Shown here: positions 7,903-16,042 of the stretch, one piece after another
How the letters are laid out: each line of letters begins with the position of its first letter
How positions within the stretch are numbered: the first letter of the stretch is position 1
Source of the DNA: Coprobacillaceae bacterium
GTDB taxonomy: Bacteria > Bacillota_I > Bacilli_A > Erysipelotrichales > Coprobacillaceae
DNA length: 32,000 bases
Assembly (NCBI GenBank): GCA_963675515.1
Contig: OY776328.1
Coordinates: forward strand, 1,170,001-1,202,000
Reading direction: 5' to 3'
The notes under the pieces: model-generated
Told to the model about the DNA's origin: nothing
The model's database searches: none
The model's input: the letters and a program-made list of their open reading frames with translations, nothing else
Position numbers and translations under genes: made by a program

Positions 7903-8853
7903 ATGAAAAGCAACGGAACATATATGCGGTTAGAAAAATTTGAAACAAAAGATGAAGTGTTCGAATTTATTAACGACAGCACAAAAAAATTCAGCAATCA
8001 TGAAAAATATGATGGCATGGTTCAAAAATTGGTGAATTACAAAGTTGAAAATGCTTATAGCTACAAGGAACGAAAAACAGGAACCACCTACAAAACTATC
8101 TTTGCAGACAAGATCAAAGTGGCAATACCTCAATGTTTAGATGAGTGGCAGTATGAAGAATTTATCAAGAAATACCTGCTCTCGTTTGATGTAAGACTGA
8201 AAAACTTATTGTGGATTGCCAAGATAGTCAAAGAAGGAAAAGGTACTTATTTTGTGGCAATGGTGTTTAGCAGGGGGGTATACTCTAAACCAGTAAGCGA
8301 ACAAGATACCTATGATCAAGATTACTATTACAAAAATGGTAGACGGTGTTCGCCGGATAATCCTGATGGCGTTTTGAAAAGGAAGAAAGGTGAGCTAAAA
8401 TTCAATAAAGACGGAACACCAGTGATGATCACTAGAACGGTTCAAAGAGTAGAGGAGCGAATATTCAGAGTAAAGAACATCTACAAACTGACAGAAAAAT
8501 TTAAAAAATTGATTGTCAAGGTAGCCAATGAAATGTGTGAGGATTCTTTTTTCCCGACAAAAATATCGAAACATACAATTACTGATGATTGCTCTAAAAG
8601 CCTCCGAAATTCGTTCAGAAAGCGAAATAGATTTATCGATACAATTATCAATGAAAAGTTAATACGGTTCCAGGATGGAATCATTCAAGCGAAGATCAAC
8701 GAGACAGAAGAAGATATCTTCGCTTTTTTTGATGAGCTAGTTGATAAAGTTAATGCAATCTTATTTGGTGATAGCGGAAAAGAGTTCAACAACCTTGAAG
8801 GCATTATGGATAACTGGTGGGAGCAAAATATCCTGGGTTATTCAATGGCTTAA
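7903..8853 (+). CDS. Hypothetical protein, possible replication/mobilisation initiator (function unproven)
   Basis: 316-aa ORF at the head of the rep/primase/par block. The segment KVAIPQCLDEWQYEEFIKKYL weakly recalls the ALPxEL..eq motif of MobA/MobL (MOBQ) relaxases, but no His triad is present. Coding confidence is high; functional confidence is low. Confidence 0.75.
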   Translation: MKSNGTYMRLEKFETKDEVFEFINDSTKKFSNHEKYDGMVQKLVNYKVENAYSYKERKTGTTYKTIFADKIKVAIPQCLDEWQYEEFIKKYLLSFDVRLKNLLWIAKIVKEGKGTYFVAMVFSRGVYSKPVSEQDTYDQDYYYKNGRRCSPDNPDGVLKRKKGELKFNKDGTPVMITRTVQRVEERIFRVKNIYKLTEKFKKLIVKVANEMCEDSFFPTKISKHTITDDCSKSLRNSFRKRNRFIDTIINEKLIRFQDGIIQAKINETEEDIFAFFDELVDKVNAILFGDSGKEFNNLEGIMDNWWEQNILGYSMA

Positions 8854-8962
8854 GAGAAAATGATATATTGTACATTTAAGAGAAACTTAAATGAATATTT
8901 ACCAAAAAAGATTAAATAAATACCATATATATCTAAGAGAATCTTAGATGTAAATTTACCAA
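8851..8962. repeat. Iteron-like direct repeats (2 full units plus 1 partial)
   Basis: Unit 8877-8905 is TAAGAGAAACTTAAATGAATATTTACCAA and unit 8934-8962 is TAAGAGAATCTTAGATGTAAATTTACCAA; 25 of 29 positions match and the period is 57 bp. A shortened unit starts at 8851 (TAAGAGAAAATGATATATT). Each unit contains a small internal IR (TTAAG..CTTAA / CTAAGA..TCTTAG). Confidence 0.6.
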
Positions 8963-8983
8963 CGAGGGAAGGAAAATTTTATT

Positions 8984-9220
8984 ATGAGACACATAATTTT
9001 TATGGATCGCAAACTGTTTAATAGCGAGCTGGTCTTGAAACGCACGCAAGATTACTTGACGTATCGCCAAGAAGATGACTTGTTGGATATCAAGATATCC
9101 CCTAAGTTCCGTTACAATCTGGTTAAAGTCAAAATCAAGAATGAACCGGTAAAAAGATATGAATTTAAGGGGATATTTCATTATAAGAATTGGAGAACTA
9201 TTGATGGATATCAAGGATAG
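8984..9220 (+). CDS. Hypothetical small protein (78 aa)
   Basis: It has a good SD (GGGAAGGAAAA), the same orientation as its neighbours, and its end overlaps the primase start by 17 nt. It is preferred over the antisense ORF 8933-9214. Confidence 0.5.
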   Translation: MRHIIFMDRKLFNSELVLKRTQDYLTYRQEDDLLDIKISPKFRYNLVKVKIKNEPVKRYEFKGIFHYKNWRTIDGYQG

Positions 9221-10133
9221 AAGAAGGGCGGTAAGTAGCTTTTGTCTGGTTACTTTGGCTGATAAGATGGGGTTTACAACTAAGAAAGTCGGTAGGAAGT
9301 ACTACACTATTGCCGAACATGATTCGGTGAGAATCAACGTTGAAAAAAACACTTATGTTCAGTACTCAACCGGGAAGTATGGTGACCCGGTATCATTCCT
9401 GATGGATTTTTGCACCGATCAGAATACGAGATTCAAAAGCTTGAACTATTGCGTTGCTTATCTTGAAACCCGGATAGATAAAAACAAAGTCAATATCCCA
9501 AAGAAACAAGAGTTTGAATCATTTATTCAAAGTGCAGGGATAACGGTCCTTGAGTTGTCAGAGAAGGCTGATAATCACAATCAAATACATAAATACCTAA
9601 AAGAACACAGGAAAATCTCTGGGGAAGTGGTTGATTATTTTGTTGAAAATAGTTACCTCTACCAAGACAAGAGAAATAACTGTGTTTTTGTATCTTATAA
9701 GCAAAACAAGCCGGTATTCATTTGTGAAAAGGGTACAGGTAGAACAAGGTACATGAAGGAACACCCCGGCAATGATTATGATCATTGCTTTTATATTGAC
9801 AACAAGAAAAGCAACATCATTGTTACTGAATCGATTGTAGACATGATGTCGCTGATGACATTAAACCCGGTAATATTACATTCAAATAATTTTCTGTCAA
9901 TCAATTCAGTTGCCAAAGAAACCGCCATTTATAGCCATTTAAAGAACAATCCATATATCACCTCGATTGTACTGGCACTTGATAATGACGATCCTGGCCA
10001 AGCGGCCGCTAATAGAATTATTGAGAGATTGAAGACTGACTTTCCGACTGTTTACGTTGAGCAATATATACCAAAATATAAAGATATCAACGAGGATTTG
10101 GTCAAGTCTATAGAACAAGAGAGGATAAGATGA
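9204..10133 (+). CDS. Toprim domain primase-like protein (DUF3991/Toprim type common on Gram-positive conjugative elements)
   Basis: The tracked ORF is trimmed to the ATG at 9204, with the SD GGAG at 9192-9195. Toprim motifs are IIVTESIVDMMS (catalytic E) and ALDNDDPGQAAA (DxD). The N-terminal region resembles a primase zinc-finger region (..GDPVSFLMDF) but has no Cys/His ligand pattern. Confidence 0.85.
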   Translation: MDIKDRRRAVSSFCLVTLADKMGFTTKKVGRKYYTIAEHDSVRINVEKNTYVQYSTGKYGDPVSFLMDFCTDQNTRFKSLNYCVAYLETRIDKNKVNIPKKQEFESFIQSAGITVLELSEKADNHNQIHKYLKEHRKISGEVVDYFVENSYLYQDKRNNCVFVSYKQNKPVFICEKGTGRTRYMKEHPGNDYDHCFYIDNKKSNIIVTESIVDMMSLMTLNPVILHSNNFLSINSVAKETAIYSHLKNNPYITSIVLALDNDDPGQAAANRIIERLKTDFPTVYVEQYIPKYKDINEDLVKSIEQERIR

Positions 10134-10297
10134 TGGGAAAAACATTTAAGCCGAACGATTGTGAAAACTGCCATCACAATCGTGGATTCAAGACAACGAA
10201 AACATGTAAGCCGTGCGGATATTCATTTTGTTGTTTTGAAATAATAAGAAAGGAAAGAGAGGATAAAGAAAATGGAACAGCACGAAATCAGGAATAA
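10130..10297 (+). CDS. Small Cys-rich zinc-ribbon-like protein (55 aa), copy 1; not in the ORF track
   Basis: My translation is MMGKTFKPNDCENCHHNRGFKTTKTCKPCGYSFCCFEIIRKEREDKENGTARNQE. The ATG overlaps the primase TGA (ATGA). It has a CxxC-x11-CxxC arrangement, and a paralogue lies at 15463-15600. Confidence 0.6.
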   Translation: MMGKTFKPNDCENCHHNRGFKTTKTCKPCGYSFCCFEIIRKEREDKENGTARNQE

Positions 10298-10430
10298 ACT
10301 TACCCAACTAAAGCTAAAGAAGATCAACACCCATAATGCAGCATCCCGGGAATTGTTGAATATTGAGATTGTCGAACTGGAAGAACAGCTAATTAAAAAT
10401 AAATTGAGAGTCGATATCAATATGAGGTAG
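10272..10430 (+). CDS. Hypothetical small coiled-coil protein (52 aa); not in the ORF track
   Basis: An ATG preceded by GAGAGGATAAAGAAA begins MEQHEIRNKLTQLKLKK...VELEEQLIKNKL. It overlaps the 3' end of the Cys-rich ORF by 26 nt. Confidence 0.4.
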   Translation: MEQHEIRNKLTQLKLKKINTHNAASRELLNIEIVELEEQLIKNKLRVDINMR

Positions 10431-10520
10431 AGCTAGTGGATAAATATTAGGGCCATAGGATTTACGGTTATGATGGAAAACATTTAATCAGGGAAGAAAT
10501 ATCTAAAGGAGCGAAAGAAT

Positions 10521-11291
10521 ATGAAAGTAATTAATATCATCAATGCAAAGGGTGGGGTTGGGAAGACAACTACCGCCCTTAACTTGGCTGTTGGTCTTGC
10601 TGATCTAGGAAACAAGGTGCTTTTGATCGACAGCGACCCTCAAGGCAATGCGACAATCTCAATCGATTTCGAAAACAACGGAAGTGAGCTTGATATCAAT
10701 AACGTGTTGCAGAACACCAATGAGATAACTGAATGTATCTATCACACTGAATTTGAAAACATGGACATATTGCCATCGTTTAACATGGAGTTGATCTCTA
10801 CTGACAAGATCGTTTTCACATCGGTAAACCGGGAGTCTAAACTCGCAAAGCAATTACGCAAGGTACGTAAGATTTACAATTTTGTGATCATTGACAATGC
10901 CCCAACATTCAATACGATAACTGCAAACACTTTGAACTGCGGTGATGATGTGATAATTCCAATGACCGACACCCATTTATCAGAGTGCGGTAAACAGCAG
11001 ACGCTAATGCAATTGGCTGAACTCGGGAGTGAAGATTGCTTAGATAAGCAATTCAACATAAAGATACTCTTTACCATGATACATAGGGGAAACCGGCCAA
11101 AGACCGATGAATTTATTAAGAATACAAAGACTGACAATGATGTTTTCGATACAACAATCGGATACCAGGACGGCGTAATCAAAGATTATGAGATCAATAA
11201 GAAAGTGGTAATCAGAACAGCAGACAAGAAAAAGAAAGTTGGTTATGACTACCAGGAATTTGTCAAAGAATTTGTGAAAGAAAACGATTAA
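10521..11291 (+). CDS. parA: ParA/Soj-type partition ATPase
   Basis: 256 aa with the deviant Walker A NAKGGVGKTTTALNLA and the motif LLIDSDPQGNAT. The SD is AAAGGAG. Confidence 0.9.
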   Translation: MKVINIINAKGGVGKTTTALNLAVGLADLGNKVLLIDSDPQGNATISIDFENNGSELDINNVLQNTNEITECIYHTEFENMDILPSFNMELISTDKIVFTSVNRESKLAKQLRKVRKIYNFVIIDNAPTFNTITANTLNCGDDVIIPMTDTHLSECGKQQTLMQLAELGSEDCLDKQFNIKILFTMIHRGNRPKTDEFIKNTKTDNDVFDTTIGYQDGVIKDYEINKKVVIRTADKKKKVGYDYQEFVKEFVKEND

Positions 11292-11294
11292 ATT

Positions 11295-11318
11295 AAAGGT
11301 GGCAAAATTGCCACCTTT
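11295..11318. repeat. 24-bp palindrome, copy A (AAAGGTGGCAAAATTGCCACCTTT)
   Basis: Perfect 9-bp arms around AAAATT. It starts 4 nt after the parA stop and ends 17 nt before the parB-like ATG. Confidence 0.85.
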
Positions 11319-11335
11319 GCAGAAAGGGGAAGAAA

Positions 11336-12124
11336 ATGCTTAGAAATTTCGTTGATAGTACCAATAAACTTGTCAGATCGACAAGAAATAAGAGGATTGA
11401 TATAGAGGATATCATACCAAACCCAAATAACAGCTTTTCAATGGAGAATCTTGAAGAATTGAAAGAATCAATCATGTTGTATGGCTTGAAGCACAATATA
11501 ACCGTCTATGATGAAGATGACAACGGCAATTATATGATACAGTCCGGTCATCGAAGATTCGAGTGTATCAAACAGTTACAAGATGACGGGTTGATTGATG
11601 ATGAGATTGATGTAATCGTGATTCAACCAGTAAGTGATAACTTGCAGATGAAATTGGATATAGTGTTGGGTAATGCCCATCGGGATATGACAACTGATGA
11701 CAAGATTAATATTGTTGAAATGTTGCTTGATATCTGGGAAGAAATGACCAGCGAACAACGGCCAAATGGGAAAAAGCGAGATTGGATTGCAGGTTTCCTT
11801 GGCTGTTCAGGAAGAACGGCTCAAGAGTATATTAATACATTTAAAAACCCTGATGAACTAATGGGTGATGATGTAGATCAAGCCGGTGCAGATGATGAAG
11901 AAATGAAGGAGGAAAACATCTATGATTTTAACAAGCTGGTAAAAGAACTGCAAGCCACGACCAACAAGTTGAAGAGGATTCATTCAAATTGCATTGACAA
12001 CAATATGAGTGATCTGGTTGTCAATGATGAAAATGGAACTGAATCGAGAATTGGAGATCTGATTGAAGTTGAATTACTGAGAATGAAACGGCTTACTGAA
12101 ACGACCAAAATTCAAACTAAATGA
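11336..12124 (+). CDS. parB: ParB/KorB-like N-terminal-domain protein (ParB/Srx fold with HTH)
   Basis: 262 aa. The ParB-box-like segment is LYGLKHNITVYDEDDNGNYMIQSGHRRFECIKQL, a putative HTH is GFLGCSGRTAQEYINTF, and the C-terminal region is acidic. It lies immediately downstream of parA. Confidence 0.8.
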   Translation: MLRNFVDSTNKLVRSTRNKRIDIEDIIPNPNNSFSMENLEELKESIMLYGLKHNITVYDEDDNGNYMIQSGHRRFECIKQLQDDGLIDDEIDVIVIQPVSDNLQMKLDIVLGNAHRDMTTDDKINIVEMLLDIWEEMTSEQRPNGKKRDWIAGFLGCSGRTAQEYINTFKNPDELMGDDVDQAGADDEEMKEENIYDFNKLVKELQATTNKLKRIHSNCIDNNMSDLVVNDENGTESRIGDLIEVELLRMKRLTETTKIQTK

Positions 12125-12184
12125 CACTTCCTGATATCAATATATAAAGCATATAATCACTAATTATCTTAATAAGTGGAAAAA

Positions 12185-13255
12185 TTATACATGTCTACTA
12201 AATTTCGATATGAACGTTGCCCTTGAAGTCACACCTGTTTTTTCGTAAACCTTTGAAACGTGTTTTTTTACAGTCGTAAGATTAATACCGAGGTCATTTC
12301 CGATTTTTCTATTACCGTGCCCTGACAGAAGTAAATCGGCTACTTCTTTCTCTCTGTCAGTGAGTTGGTAAAAATTCATCAGATAGTTAACAAAAAGACT
12401 TGGGTCTTGAGCATTTGTCAGTTTTTCATAAGTAGCTTTTTGTCTTAATGAGGCAATAATGTCTCCCAATTTGTAGTTATGTACATCTAATAGGTCATAA
12501 GCATAATACACTTTTGAAAATTCGCTTTTGAAATTCAAATTGAAACTGAGCCTTGTAATCTCTCCATCAAGCTCCGAGCATATTGTCGCAATTCGATCTA
12601 AATCAACGCAGTTTAAAACCATAATAAATTCATCGTCTGTGATTCTGGCTGTCCAGAAATTGTTTTCATTTTTGGTACAATACTCGTTGACTACCATGTT
12701 AACTACATAAGCACTGAATTCTTTATCAGGGGTATTAAGGTTTTCAAGGTTCATTATTATTATACCTGTGGTATTACACTGTAAATCATTTTTATTTATT
12801 TCGACAGATAATCTGTCATAAAGGTATTTTTTGTTAAAGAAATTAATATCTTCATTTGCCGTCTCGATATTATCTGATCTCTTTGCAGCGGTAGTAAAAA
12901 AATAGTCCTTAGAGACATCGATTAAACATTCAAGTACAAGCTTTTTGTCACTTATGAGTATAGGAGTTGTAAGTATATTATAAATGGCCGAGTCCAAGGT
13001 TTCCATTTTGCATACGGTCCGATCTAGACAAATTGCATTATAAGAACTGCAGTTGTAACATGGTGAATTGCGATTCCAAAATTCGTAGCAATTAGCTTCC
13101 TCTGGTACCAGCATCTTTGGCATGGTTGCACTGATTGAATAAACAACTCTTTCACTAGGGTCTACAATTCTAACAATATCATATATTTCGATGAGTATAT
13201 CGATGATGTCATTTAGGTCATCAAGATTATTGTAGATTTTCATAACTACCTCCAA
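12185..13255 (-). CDS. LuxR-family transcriptional regulator with a Cys-rich N-terminal domain and a degenerate GGDEF-like middle domain
   Basis: 356 aa. The C-terminal LuxR/GerE HTH is LTDREKEVADLLLSGHGNRKIGNDLGINLTTVKKHVSKVYEKTG. The middle segment ..IIIMNLENLN..ARITDDEFIMVL.. aligns to the DxD..RyGGDEF layout with the GG and metal-binding Asp positions lost. The N-terminal cluster is CYEFWNRNSPCYNCSSYNAICLDRTVC. Confidence 0.85.
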   Translation of the reverse strand: MEVVMKIYNNLDDLNDIIDILIEIYDIVRIVDPSERVVYSISATMPKMLVPEEANCYEFWNRNSPCYNCSSYNAICLDRTVCKMETLDSAIYNILTTPILISDKKLVLECLIDVSKDYFFTTAAKRSDNIETANEDINFFNKKYLYDRLSVEINKNDLQCNTTGIIIMNLENLNTPDKEFSAYVVNMVVNEYCTKNENNFWTARITDDEFIMVLNCVDLDRIATICSELDGEITRLSFNLNFKSEFSKVYYAYDLLDVHNYKLGDIIASLRQKATYEKLTNAQDPSLFVNYLMNFYQLTDREKEVADLLLSGHGNRKIGNDLGINLTTVKKHVSKVYEKTGVTSRATFISKFSRHV

Positions 13256-13364
13256 GGCAAATTTTCTAGACAGTTAAGTATGTTGTATTATAGCACTTCT
13301 TGCTACAAAGTAAACACTGAACTAGAACGCGCATTAGAATAATATAACAAATATTGAAAATAAT

Positions 13365-13386
13365 ATATTGTACTTTAGTACAATAT
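13365..13386. promoter_or_regulatory. 9-bp perfect inverted repeat upstream of the LuxR-type gene (candidate operator)
   Basis: ATATTGTAC (13365-13373), TTTA, GTACAATAT (13378-13386). It lies ~110 nt upstream of the start at 13255, between that gene and the IS. Confidence 0.3.
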
Positions 13387-13441
13387 TTACTCAAAAAATA
13401 ATGCAATATTACCAAACTATTATCTTTTTGAGTTATATATT

Positions 13442-14807
13442 AGTAGTGTCAATATTTTTGTGTAAATTAGTAAAATTAGTTCTTATGATGATCTTGATTA
13501 TTCGTCTTCCATCAGAAACCATCGCTCGTATGAGATTCCTTTGAATCCCTTGTGGGTATGGTTCATGAATTTTTGGTTATATTGCTCAAATTGCGAAACG
13601 ATGTATTTCTCCGCAGCCTCCTCATTTGGGAATTGTTCCTTAGCTTTGATTTTTCGCTTGAGCTGTTTATTGAAACCCTCAATCAGATTGGTTGTATAGA
13701 TGCTCTTGCGTACCGATTCAGGGTACAAATAGAAAGTGAATAGGTTCGAATTCTCTCCGAGTAATTTCGCCACTTTTGGATATTTTTGGCCCCACTTGAT
13801 GGTGAACTCCTTGAGCTGTTCACTTGCCGCCTCTTCGGTTTCACAATGGTAGACGCGCTTAAAATCCTGTGCAATCTCGCTACGGTCTTTCACTCTTACT
13901 TTGGCTACAATGTTTCTTGAAACATGCACCAGGCAACGTTGAATTTTGGCCATCGGAAAAGTGTCTTCAATGGCGTTCTCAACACCAGTTAGCCCGTCAG
14001 TGCAAAACAAAGCAACCTCTTCCATGCCGCGTGTTTTGAACTCTTCGAACAATTCCCGCCATGTTGTCGCAGATTCGGTTGGTGCAATTGAATATCCGAT
14101 TATTTCCTTTGTTCCCTCCAAAGTTATGCCTATGGCGATATGAACGGCCTCTTTAGAGACTGTATCTCGTCGCAAAGGAATGACAGTAGCATCAGTATAA
14201 ACAACTGCGTATTGCTTGTTTAACGGGCGATTTTTAAAGGCTTCAACGTGGGCGACTATTTCCTTGGTGATATTGGAAACAGTCTGTCTAGAGTATTTCT
14301 TACCGTAGATGGATTCAACAGTTTTAACAATGTCACTGTTGGTCATCCCTGAATTAAATAGGTCAATGACAGTGTTGGTGGTAGCCAGATCGTTTCGTTG
14401 ATATTTGGGAACCAAAGGTGAATCAAAGCCACCTTGACGGTCACGTGGTATGCGCAGGTTCAATACACCATATTTGGTGTTGTAATCACGATTGTAATAG
14501 CCATTTCTTGAATTTGAATTCTCAGATCGGTCGTATTTCTCGTAATCAAGAAAAACGGTAAGTTCGGACTTCAAAATATCGTTGATGGCATTCTCCAATT
14601 CGCTCCGGAAAAGTTCTGATACTACTTGCTCAAAAGCTGGCAGATTATTATCATTTGATATTAGACTTCTAAGTAAAGTTGTTGTAAAATAGTTCATGGG
14701 TGTAATCCTCTCGTAAATTGTTTTCGCAGAACTAATTTTACAAGGGTTACGCCCTTTTTTCTACTTGAAAGTTGAAATCCTATTTACACAAAATATTTTA
14801 CACTATC
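13442..14807 (-). mobile_element. Intact IS256-family insertion sequence with an 8-bp target-site duplication
   Basis: The terminal inverted repeats are AGTAGTGTCAATATTTTTGTGTAAAT (13442-) and the reverse complement of the right end, GATAGTGTAAAATATTTTGTGTAAAT. They are flanked by identical TATATATT at 13434-13441 and 14808-14815. The element holds a single transposase ORF. Confidence 0.85.
13498..14697 (-). CDS. IS256-family (Transposase_mut) transposase
   Basis: 399 aa with family hallmarks: RNGYYNRDYNTKYGVLNLRIPRDRQGGF, ..TDATVIPLRRD.., FCTDGLTGVENAI and QRCLVHVSRN. Confidence 0.95.
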   Translation of the reverse strand: MNYFTTTLLRSLISNDNNLPAFEQVVSELFRSELENAINDILKSELTVFLDYEKYDRSENSNSRNGYYNRDYNTKYGVLNLRIPRDRQGGFDSPLVPKYQRNDLATTNTVIDLFNSGMTNSDIVKTVESIYGKKYSRQTVSNITKEIVAHVEAFKNRPLNKQYAVVYTDATVIPLRRDTVSKEAVHIAIGITLEGTKEIIGYSIAPTESATTWRELFEEFKTRGMEEVALFCTDGLTGVENAIEDTFPMAKIQRCLVHVSRNIVAKVRVKDRSEIAQDFKRVYHCETEEAASEQLKEFTIKWGQKYPKVAKLLGENSNLFTFYLYPESVRKSIYTTNLIEGFNKQLKRKIKAKEQFPNEEAAEKYIVSQFEQYNQKFMNHTHKGFKGISYERWFLMEDE

Positions 14808-15347
14808 TATATATTCTTTGCTTGCACTATTTTCTAGGTTGTGTAGTTATCTTTTTAAATTTACTGTTTTGTAAATATATGTAGCATAATACTAGAGCGA
14901 TGACAACTGGTAATACCAGTAGAGAGGGCTAATGAATATGCAATATACAAGTAAATTTCAAGAACATAGCAATAATAGGATTTACATATTCGGAATTTTA
15001 TTGAAACATAATATATTAATAATGCAGAAAATTGCGCTATAGTAACATAAATTATGATTTGTCTAATATGGTACCGTAGTACCATATAAATTAATGGTAA
15101 TTAAGAGTATGATGTTAATGTTATTTTTTGTTAAATAATGTTCAATGGTTCAGGGAGTGAATACTAAATATGTATTCTTTCATCTAGGTGGTGTTGAGTA
15201 TTTTCTAGTGCTTTACGGATTTATTATTTGTATAGTTGGTTCTATGAAGGCGGATCATTGAAGTAAAATGGTAAATTGTGAAATTTTATTTGAATGACCT
15301 CGTAACTCAGGTTGAAAATTAACTTATTGAAATGTCGGAATTTAATC

Positions 15348-15457
15348 GGTCAAAATCCAACAGATTTCTACATTTCAGATTAGATATCTAATTTTCGCAA
15401 ACCTAAAGAGAAGCTTCCTGTGTTATATGGTCATTCAAAAATTTTATTGATTGGAGG
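15348..15457 (+). repeat. ~110-nt intergenic direct repeat, copy 1
   Basis: It aligns with 22510-22620. Identical blocks include ATTTCTACATTTCAGAT (15364-15380 and 22528-22544), TTTCGCAAACC, AAAGAGAAGC and CCTGTGTT. It ends at the SD of the Cys-rich gene copy 2. Confidence 0.65.
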
Positions 15458-15462
15458 ATAAG

Positions 15463-15600
15463 ATGATGGGAAAAACATTTAAGCCGAACGATTGTGAAAA
15501 TTGCCCTCATAATCGGGGTTACAAAAAGACAAATACATGTATGCCTTGTGGGTACTCGTTCTGTTGCTTTGAAAAACTGAAGATGAATGAAAATAAATAG
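15463..15600 (+). CDS. Small Cys-rich zinc-ribbon-like protein (45 aa), copy 2; not in the ORF track
   Basis: My translation is MMGKTFKPNDCENCPHNRGYKKTNTCMPCGYSFCCFEKLKMNENK. The SD GGAGG is at 15453-15457. The first ~48 nt, including 9 nt upstream of the ATG, are nearly identical to 10121-10168. Confidence 0.6.
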   Translation: MMGKTFKPNDCENCPHNRGYKKTNTCMPCGYSFCCFEKLKMNENK

Positions 15601-15622
15601 AATATCTAGAATTACAAATAAT

Positions 15623-15651
15623 GGGCGGAGTTGAGTTAACAACTACCGCCC
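15623..15651 (+). terminator. Hairpin downstream of Cys-rich gene copy 2 (weak terminator)
   Basis: GGGCGGAGTTG pairs with CAACTACCGCCC with one bulge and an AGTTAA loop. There is no strong T-run. Confidence 0.35.
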
Positions 15652-15748
15652 TAAAGCATTTACAGGCATTTATCAATTTGATTTAAAATATTCAAATTAT
15701 ATGTTTCTAACTAGTGTGATCTAAATTAATTATACGAGGAGAGTAAAT

Positions 15749-16042
15749 ATGGGCAAAAAAATATATGTAAGCAATAGGTGGTTGATTAATAATTTCATGT
15801 ATCTAGAAAATTACAAGTATCACGAATATTTCAAAAAAGATATGTTTGAAAACGAATATTACACTTGGCGTGATGAGGTTGCTACCATCCATACAAGATG
15901 GAATTTTATTGGTGAACAAACATCAACAGGAATAAAGGTGTTCACTCCTGCTAATAATATCCAATCAGTTATAGACCGTGTACTGACTAGCAACCATAAG
16001 AAATATGCTAAGTTAATTACTTCAAGTGCAAACAAAAAATGA
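15749..16042 (+). CDS. Hypothetical protein (97 aa)
   Basis: The SD GAGGAGAG is correctly spaced. The protein is rich in aromatic residues and I recognise no family. Confidence 0.6.
   Translation: MGKKIYVSNRWLINNFMYLENYKYHEYFKKDMFENEYYTWRDEVATIHTRWNFIGEQTSTGIKVFTPANNIQSVIDRVLTSNHKKYAKLITSSANKK

Noticed and set aside
14861-15085. A 74-aa hydrophobic minus-strand ORF next to the IS256 element, considered as a possible toxin or membrane peptide.
   Set aside because: The DNA is extremely AT-rich, so hydrophobic ORFs arise by chance there. There is no SD and no partner RNA or antitoxin signature, so nothing supports it.
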